NCBI GenBank assembly: GCA_000708835.1
Contig: DF237561.1
Coordinates: 7,468-53,071 of the forward strand
Reading direction: 5' to 3'
From: Klebsormidium nitens
Lineage: Eukaryota; Plantae; Klebsormidiophyceae
DNA length: 45,604 nucleotides
The stretch's first letter is position 1. Each line of letters begins with the position of its first letter. Positions 1 to 8,800 of the stretch are shown here, piece after piece. Below the pieces are notes generated by a model, which saw only the letters and a list, made by a program, of their open reading frames with translations, ran no database searches and was not told the DNA's origin. Made by a program: the position numbers and the translations under genes.

Positions 1-125
1 GGGTCGGCTTCCGTACCGTTACACTCCCGGTTCCTTGGGGACAATTGCAGCCGAGAAAGCTTCGATCATTGATTGCAAAAGCAGAAGGTATGCCCCCCTG
101 TGAAGCTGTTTAGGGTGCCCGGTCG

Positions 126-200
126 GCACTGGGTACGTACTGCGGGGCGGACTGGGTGCGCGCAGCTTGGAGCGGGTTATTTTTCTGGGTTAGGTTTTGA
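126..200 (+). repeat. Degenerate copy of the G-rich core of the fold-back element family, no clear arms
   Basis: GCACTGGG...GGGTGCGCGCAGCTTGGAGCGGGTTATTTTTCTGGGTTAGGTTTT resembles the cores at 6370-6455 and 30390-30475. I could not find matching inverted arms. Confidence 0.55.
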
Positions 201-383
201 AGATAAGTACTTCACTGTTTGAAATTTAAATATTGGAGAGCAGAAAATGTACCTACCGTACGGTATTCCGGGCCCCGGCTTTGATCAGGCTTGCCAATCA
301 GGCTTTCCTTCTGCTGCCTGCATGTTGTCATGTATTTGGAACTCTCCAACTATTTAATTCTGTTAGCACGTGCTACAGTCACT

Positions 384-576
384 CCGATAACTCTCGTGTG
401 ACCTAAGAGCCGTGTGACCTAAGATAGGCACCTCGGGGACAGGTGGGGTTGGTACGGTTGTTAGGGTGGGTTGGGGTGCGGAGCGGTTGATTGATTGGGT
501 TGGGTTTTTAGTTTGAGGTGCCCGGGTTACTCGTATCTTGGGTCACACGCCCGTTAGGTCACACGAGGGTTACCGG
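384..576 (+). mobile_element. Non-autonomous fold-back/MITE-like element, arm type GTGTGACCTAA x2
   Basis: 43-bp imperfect inverted repeats at 384-426 and 534-576 (about 6 mismatches), each with two copies of GTGTGACC(T/C)AA. Inner IR GGCACCTC/GAGGTGCC. Core GGTTAGGGTGGGTTGGGGTGCGGAGCGG. Confidence 0.8.
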
Positions 577-673
577 TATGCTAAAGTCCCCCAAAACGCG
601 GAGCATTTAATGTGCATGGTGCATAACTGAACTGCTCAAGTAGTCAGGTACGGCGGCAGCGTAATGGCAACGG

Positions 674-845
674 CAGTGTTAATATACTAAACACAGTATT
701 CACTAAGATTTAAAAGCCCCGGGCGCACAAGCTAAAACCCCTAACCTAAAACCTCACGCGCTCCACACCCCTACCCACAAACCAACCCTACCCGTCCCCC
801 GGGTGCCGATTCTTGTGAACACTCGATCGTTAATTGTGAACACTT
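674..845 (-). mobile_element. Fold-back element, arm type TTGTGAACACT x2, core in reverse orientation, left arm decayed
   Basis: Right arm TCTTGTGAACACT...ATTGTGAACACT (811-844). Left arm CAGTGTTAATA...CAGTATTCACTAAGA (674-708) is a degenerate inverse. Core CTAAAACCCCTAACCTAAAACC...GCGCTCCACACCCC...CCCTACCCGTCCC. Confidence 0.6.
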
Positions 846-1081
846 TCAATTCGTTGCCAGAACGTCTGCTGGGAGCTCATGCAGTAGCCATATTACTCGA
901 ATTTGCAACTCCAATGATTGATGTGCCCATGTGAAGGATGACTCAGCCAATCCAAAGGCTCAGCCAATTACAGTGATCGAGAGAAAATTAAGGTGACGGT
1001 TGACACTGCCAACTTGACAGTGCACTGTGCAGGTTCGATATGCAAAAATTCAAGCAACATCCTGACTTACGCAAAATAAGA

Positions 1082-1395
1082 CTTCAATTTAGGTAAAATA
1101 AACTCAAGGTAAAGTAAGCCAAGCAGCCTGGGACGGGTGGGGTTAGTTCGGGGGTTAGGGTGGGTTCGGGTGCGGAGCGGGTGATTTTGAGGGTTAGGNN
1201 NNNNNNNNNNNNNNNNNNNNNNNNNNNNNNNNNNNNNNNNNNNNNNNNNNNNNNNNNNNNNNNNNNNNNNNNNNNNNNNNNNNNNNNNNNNNNNNNNNNN
1301 NNNNNNNNNNNNNNNNNNNNNNNNNNNNNNNNNNNGGTTTTTAGTGTTAGGCTGGGAGCTTACTTTACCTGGAGCTTACTTTACCTAAATTGAAG
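1082..1395 (+). mobile_element. Fold-back element, arm type GGTAAAGTAAG x2, spanning the assembly gap
   Basis: 38-bp TIR: 1082-1119 CTTCAATTTAGGTAAAATAAACTCAAGGTAAAGTAAGC versus reverse complement of 1358-1395, 3 mismatches. Inner IR CAGCCT/AGGCTG. Core GGTTAGGGTGGGTTCGGGTGCGGAGCGGGT. Confidence 0.85.
1199..1335. other. Assembly gap (137 N)
   Basis: Run of N in the sequence. Confidence 1.
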
Positions 1396-2865
1396 AGACA
1401 TTTACGCAACCCCCGGGGGTTACCGCAGAACTGCCACATACGCGCTAGATGCGAATCAGAGGTAACTCGAGCGATGTAACTAGCCGCATGCAGCCGGCCT
1501 CACTTTTTTCACGCCGGGCCAGGCGCTATCCATGCTGTTCCGGAAGCTTCTCTCAATTCTGTTCAACAACCAGTATTTTAGCAGTAATCTGATGCTGAAC
1601 CGAGTGTTATGAGTTGAACATACCGTAAATTGAGCCTACTACTGTACTACAATGCCTGTCACTGCAAAATGGTCAGATTATATGCATCATGATGGATATG
1701 ACAGTGATGACATTGAAAAGAATGAGATATAGTATAAAGAGCTGAATGATATAGTGAAACTACCTACAGTAGGCACTGCAAATGTCCGCTGATATCAACA
1801 GTCTGACTGGGCCGGACATGTCCATTGGGGTCTCTGGAGCTTGCATCCTACTCTGCGACTGAAAGAAAGGGTATTCACTAGGGGGCCAGTGGCAGTAGGG
1901 GCCGTCGGCCGGTAGAGGCCACTGCGAGGCACCCGGGCCAGCTTCAAGCAATACCAGCCTAGGCTGTAGCAGCCCGGCCTGGCGTGAAATGGAGTTGGCA
2001 TCCCTGATACCTACTACCTAGAAACCGGGAGCTGTCGGCATTTTCAGGTACCTTGAATTTCGTTAGAGGAGGGTTGTTTCATACCGGCCTAATTAGTTCG
2101 GGCTTGGCCGGAGGAATTTTGGACCGTACGTGACGTATCGCGCTTTCCAGTCAGTGCCTGACACTATACATACCGGATGCCATGATGCGCGGTTAGGGCT
2201 GCACACCCTGTTCAAGCACGTCAGTGACTGCCAGTACTATTTGGAGGAAGTTAACTTGCGATTCCAAAGGTCGGATGGGTTATGCACTTTACCCGCCATC
2301 AGGGAAGAATCATTTGGAGAAAGGGCGGCTCTTGTCGGAGGATCTGCATGCATGACTCAACACCGTACTTATTTGACTACAATGCCTAGTCAATGATGGG
2401 GCCACTCACCGGCCGTTCAACGGTTAGCGACGCTCGACTCTCGAGTGAGGTTCACATTGAATATGCATGTAGGCGGCACATAAATGTCCCCGTCGTATGG
2501 TAGCAGTTGACCTACAGTTCCGGCCTTGAAGGGGTTAAGTGAGTCGGGATATTGTTCAATCTGGAGTCTGGACCGAAGTCAATAAGAACAGTACGGTTAG
2601 CAACAATTTTATATCATGCATGCCAGGATCACGAGGCTGAGGCCCGGGGGAAGAAGTGGTGACCACGGCCCAAAGGTCCGGCCGCGGTTGATCCCGTTTC
2701 GTATCTAGTATACCATTGAAATTATAAGGGCCAAGAACCGTCGGAGCGCTCTTGTGAGATCACAAATGCTTTTGTACCCTGTTTGTACCTTGCATGACTG
2801 TTTATGTGTACAAGGATTATTTTGCAACTGCCACTGCTCAAACGAATTTAAAACGGCGCGCAATT

Positions 2866-5800
2866 TCACATTTCCCCAGAAGCGAACTTTCTGGTGTATT
2901 GCCGCCTTGACTCAACCGCGTGCTCGAATGCTCGCTCAAACGCGCTATTCGGGTCGTCATCGATCCCCTCGTTGAGCTGAACATCCGAAAACCTCGAATC
3001 ATCGCCAGTGAACCCTTGATTCCTCCCATCGAACGCCCCAACCCGCCGCGCCCCATCGCTAGCCCGGAACCCGTTTTTGGAAGTCCTTTTGGCGCTGGTC
3101 GCCCCTAACCTATCGTCGAACCTCCTACCCTCTGCTAGCTTTCCGAGTCGCCCAATTTTTCGGGTTTGCATTGATTGCGACGGCCCGACATCCGCGTTCA
3201 CGAACCAGTCGTCCTCATCGTCCTCGGGCCGATTCAAATCTCTGCGAACGCCAGGGCCCCCCCTGTCCGCGCCCCTGAAATTAGCCCCCCCTTGCGTTGG
3301 GAATCCGGAACCCCGTCCTGAAGTGCTGGGCGCTGATGCCTCCGCGTCAGGCTCAACCCAGACAGACCGATGAGCGTCTCCAGTTGCTAACCTCCTCGGG
3401 TTAGGCATAACCCGGGGGTACCGCTCCAACGCCACTGCCTGCCGAACGCCGGGCGAGATCCCGCTCCTCAGCTCCCTTTGGCGCCCGTTCACGCCGAAAG
3501 CTGCGTCACTCTCCCCACGCACGCGCCTATTCACACCGTAAGCTGCGTCACTCTCCCCAACCACGCGCCTATTGACACCATAAGCTGCGTCACTCTCCCC
3601 AACCACGCGCCTATTCACACCATAAGCTGCATCACTCCCCTCACGCACGCGCCGGTTCAAACCGTTCCTCCCGGGCCCCCCTGGTTGCCCAACGGCAGCT
3701 AACGGATACCCGCGTAACCGCGCGCGTTCCTCCCCGACCGACTCCTGCGCGTCGTGGCGCAAAAGCTCGCGCACAGCCGCGACGATCCCTGCGCCCTCGG
3801 TGTGAATATCCAACGTCGGGTCGTCGATCTTCCGCTGGAGCAGCCGGTCTAGTTCTCCGCGCAGCTGCCCAACTAGGGACGCGGTTTTCGGGGTCGCGTT
3901 GAAGTTAAGGTAACCGTTCAGCATTGAGAAACCCTCTTTCTCTGGAACGAGGTGCCCCCCAAACATAAGAAGCGCGTAGTCGGTGACAGCGGTGGAGTCT
4001 CTGACGAGAATGTTGGTGGCACCCGTGCGGAGCTTCTCGTTGTAGATCAACCAGCCTTCCGGAAATGAGTTGACCCCGTGATTAACGGACGCCGGGTGAA
4101 CCGCCACCTGGGATGATCGGGATAGAAGACGGGTTAGAAGAAGGTTAAAAGCAGGTTTGAGTTAAGCAAAATCCAGAATAGTTCGGACCCACAAATCCTC
4201 CCAGGAAGTTGACCTTGTGGGTAAGGGACGCCGGGTGAACGGCTACCTGACAAAATTCGGGTTAGGAGAGGTGTAAAAAACTTCTGAAACGCCACGGTCC
4301 TGACAGGGAGTTGGCCCCGTGACAATCGAACGCGGGATGAACGGTCACTTGGCAGACAGAGATCAAGACTTCATCTGAAGGAGGGTTGAAGCTACTGAAC
4401 GATAGCTGCTATGCGTTGTAAGACATAAATGCGAGAGGGAAGTTGCAGTTTGCCCTTTTCCTTCCGAAACCTTTCCTTCAGCAACGGGAGCGTTTTAACA
4501 ATAGGACAATCCTCGCGTCGTACACCCGAGCAGTCTAAGTGCATCCTCCAAGAAAAGCGCCAAACCGATACAACCTCGAAGCTCCACCACACTTTCAGAT
4601 CCAGTGGACAGAAAGCCCTCCAGCTTCAAATTAATGCAACCGAAGCATTCTCAGTGAGGAGCGGTCGAATACGCAATTAAAATCCAGCAAGCTTCTCCAA
4701 TAGATGAGCTTAGCCACTCAATTTGATTTCGTTGCAGTCCTTTCAGACGACTCCCCCTCACAGCCATAGTCATTGCAGCATATTGCTCAGCTCCTCAATA
4801 CGCTCTTCAACAACGGGGACAAAATTAACGCGTCACGTTTGGAAACGGTTCTCACCCGCCCGTCTTCTTTAGTATGCAGCGTGACCCGTTTCCCCTTCGG
4901 CCGGCAAACCACAACGGACGGAAACAGCCCCGCACACAGAACCGCCCGGACAACTTCCATGTCATTTCCATACTCGTTGTAGTCCATGATCGTCGAGCCC
5001 TTCTCGACGAAGCCGATGCCCTCTAGCAAATCTAGGAACTGCATGCGCATGTTGTGGATCATCTGCAAGAAAGAGAGTTGGGTAACTGAGTACATGCGTA
5101 TTTGATGCTTGTGATCTGCAAAATAGCGAAGCAATCTGATCGGGTCTGGGGTGCTGTAGTCCTTCATTGGATTTGCCCTCTAGCAAATCTAGGTTCCCAT
5201 CCGCATATTGTGGATCATCTGCAAAAGCGAGCGATGGGTATTTGAGTCTTTTAAAGTTTGTGGATCATCTGAAAAGCAGGGACAAGGAAGCAAAGCATTC
5301 TGACTGGGTCTGGGGTTTTGTAATCCTTGATTGAATATGGTGCGCTTTCTTACCATGCAACCGCGCTTCTTCTAACGAGCACGAAGAAAGACCAAAGAAA
5401 AGCGCTATCCTAACATCCTTCTCTGATTGTGACAGCGTTGTCAGGACTCGAAACAAACAGCTCACTCGACAAGACTTCTTAACCAGTCTGACTTTGTTTT
5501 CTAGAGTTTGGTAAGCTCGGAACGACCGCCGCCGCTTACGTGGAGCGTGGAAGTCGACAGGAAATTCTCCCAGCACCAGTCGCGCTCGCGCTTCTCCCGG
5601 TACGCCGCCCGCCAGCCGTCATATGCGCGGAGCAGCGCAATGTGGTCGCTACGGTCCCGCCCGGCAAAGCTTTGCTTCACTGCAAACAAGAAGGAGATGC
5701 AGGGTGAGATACTCCCAAATCTCGGAATGCTTTTTTCTTCCATTTTGGCGACATGGTCGCTCTCGGCAAGGCTCTGCTTTGCTGCGGACGCTTTTGCTGA

Positions 5801-8800
5801 TTCGTGAAAGCGAGTAACATGCGGAAAGAATCTGATCCGAGTCCTTTCGAGTCCGTTCTCCCTTCCACTATCTTGTCCTACTATTGAACAACTTTCGAGG
5901 GGGAAAAGGAGATACATACGTGGGCAATCCTGCCAAAGACTGCTTCCAACCGATGTGCGGAAGTAATACAGCGCCAAGTCTTCCAGATTTCCAAGAATTA
6001 GCCCAAGCTACTTTTTTGGTTCTCACCTTTATTTCAAGCAAACATCGAGGAAAAGTACCCTAACGTACGTGAAACCGTGTAAATCGGCTTACTACAACCA
6101 CAAGAAGGGACAAAAACTCGCAACTTGCTCACCTCTGTCTGCTTCGTCCCGTCGGTCCATCGGCAAAACGAAGGGATCCCTGTGCGCCAGCCCCGCTGCG
6201 ATCGTTAGCGCGGGTCCCAGGCAGTTGAAAATTGCGCCCATCAGAAGCATTTTCCCGACCTTGGGCTCCACGGGAAGGGCCGACAAGTGAGAACCTGAAA
6301 AGAAGATGAGGTCAGAATACTCATGGAACTCGAGAAAGATTTTAATAAGCCGAGATGACACTAAGGTAAACGCACTGGGACGGTTAGGGTTAGTTTGGTG
6401 GTTAGGGTGGGTATGGCTGCGGAGCAGGTATCTTTCTGGGTTAGGGTTTTCAGTGTTGGTCAGAGCTTATTGTTATCTTGGCCTATTTGAGAAATATAGA
6501 ATACTCCTTCTAGTCAAAAGGTTGATGTCCTTCGGTCGTCCGCTTTGGTTGACAGTCAGCCCTTTATACTCAATATGGATTCGAAGAGCATGGCAAAGTA
6601 TGACAGAGCGCGGATGAGCTTTTTTCCAGGATTTCAGAACGGGACGTCAAAAATTGCAAAACAAGTCGGGAACGAAGGCAGCACAACACAGGACGGGGCA
6701 TTCAGTGGCGCCATAGCTGTCATGAGGTTCGCAACGGGCGATCAGAAAACAAAGCAAGTTGTTAGATGGACCAGCAGATAGCACGAGACGGAACGTAGGA
6801 GCCAGAATTCAACGTCCGGGGTGTCAGGAATCAAGACATAGACTTGCGCCAACACAAAGAGGGAACGAAAAGAAAAGAGGCAGCTCAATCCTCGTACTGG
6901 CGTATGAGGCAATCTCATCAAAGTGAGGTTTGGCTACGCAAGAGGCTCTGCTGACAGGATTCCACTTTCATCATACGGACGAAGCCCGCTCACCGAGTGA
7001 CGTCAGGTTCTCGTCAGCGTCGAGCGCCCCAATCGTCTCCAGCAGCTCGATCGCGTTCTGCACGGCCTGCGGGTCCGGCGGCTGCAGCGCGTTTTGGAGG
7101 AACGGCTTGATCTTGCCCAATCCCAAAGTCTTGATCTGGAGGCACAGCTCTTGGAGGGGGGTGCGCAGCAACTCGGGTAACTGCAGGGAATATGAGTGCG
7201 TGGGTTATGAATGTCATTTTAGTGGGCCTAGAAAGCTCTCAATTGAAGCTAGACGTAAAGAGCAGATGTGGAGGAGGGTGCGCAGCAACTCGGGCAACTG
7301 CAGGGAATTGGAGTGCGTGGATTATGAAGGGTCATTTTACTGGCAAACCAGACTTTTACGGTTGTGAGCCTAGAAAGCTCTCAATTTAAGCTAGACGTAA
7401 AGAGCAGATGTGGAGGGGGGTGCGCAGCAACTCAGGCAACTGCAGGATGGGGACGCCCGGTTTACCAAAGGCCATGTCATGGCGAACCAGAGTTTCGCAG
7501 TGTGGGCCTGGAAAAGCTCTTACGTTACGCTAGACGTAACGAGCAAATATGGAGGGGGGTGCGCAGCAAGTCAGGGAACCGCAGATCGAGAAGCGCAAAT
7601 CCACTTTAAGCGGAACACAGCGGGGGGAAAAGCGATTCAAGCTGAGCAGAAGGAGAGCAGGGTTTGAAGGCGCAGTCGTTGAAGAAGCGACGTGACGTCA
7701 GCATGACGTCAGCGTGAGGCGTGAGCTTGCCTGGTTGGCCGACAGGCTGCTCTGAAGCGTCTCCTTTCACAAATATGTCGCTCAAAGTAAGAGCAACGTT
7801 ATGTGCGCATGACATCGGCGTGAGCTCACCTGGTAGGCAGGCAGGCTGTCGTGGAGCCTTTTGGGGTAGAGGTGGAAAGCTTGGCCTTCCTGCACGCGCC
7901 CCGCGCGCCCTTTACGCTGGTGCGCGGACGCACGTGAGATCCACGACGGCAGCAAGCACGCCAGCTGGTTCAGGGCGTCGTAGCTTGTCTCCTTGGCCTG
8001 TGGGAATTCGGTGTTCTACAGTCAACCTTAAGGATCCCAGAGGATCTAAAAGAATGTTCTGCTTCCCAAAGTAGGTGCTTTTAAAAGCCACGTGGGCAGC
8101 AAGCACGCCAGCTGATTCAGGGCGTCGTAGCTCGTCCCCTTGGCCTATAGCAATCCAATAACACTATTCTTGAACTTTTGTGGTTATTGAGATGCCCCTC
8201 TTTCCTCAGACACGAAGCATTTCGGGTCAGCGGCAGCAGGCACGCCGGACGATTCAAAACGTCGTCGGTTTTTGTCTTGGCTCGAGAAGATGCACAGTCC
8301 TGAGTTTGTTCTGTTTCGGTCGTGGAAAAGCAACCGGCGCAGGATTGCTCACGACGATGTTGACAATGTCAGTGACAGCGGCAGCAAGTTCATGACCGCT
8401 ACAAGGCTCCAAGGACCTGGTATTCGAGTGTACTGAGGAGGATTTCAAATCAGCAATGTGAAACCCTTGAAACCCTTGAAAACCGAAGACGACTCAGGAA
8501 CTACGCAGGACTCATGCACCAGCTTCACTGCTCTGGGGAAGAGAGAGCAGTTTTCCTTCATCGATACGCAGCAGTAATGAGTTGGAGCGGCTCAAGCCTT
8601 CCTCTCCTTTTTCACGAGCTGCGACAAGAGAGGCAGCACCGAACGATGACATCAATAAGCCTCACCTTCCCGCAGTCAACGACGTAGACGACGTCATCAA
8701 TGGTGATGGAGGTTTCGGCAATGTTCGTAGCCAGGACGATCTTGCGCACACCGGGCGGCGGGCGGTTGAATATCTCTTTCTGCATGAGAACACGGCATTA

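Larger units (their letters stand above)
1051..1641. repeat. Dispersed ~255-bp repeat, copy 1, interrupted by the 1082-1395 insertion
   Basis: 1051-1079 plus 1402-1641 is the reverse complement of 33289-33543 at high identity by eye. Contains the CCCCCGGGGG palindrome. Confidence 0.85.

Noticed and set aside
1160-1393. 77-aa ORF across the N run
   Set aside because: Artefact of translating the gap inside a repeat element.
1650-2800. Short ORFs in the left intergenic region as transposase remnants
   Set aside because: No DDE, HUH, RT or recombinase motifs recognisable in any frame.
6315-6506. GAATACTC direct repeat flanking the 6344-6487 element as a TSD
   Set aside because: The copies lie 21 and 11 nt outside the arms with non-matching spacer sequence, so they may be chance.
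7181-7600. Regularly spaced repeats that could look like a CRISPR array
   Set aside because: Eukaryotic intron; the spacers are homologous to each other, the repeat is an exon copy, and no cas genes are present.
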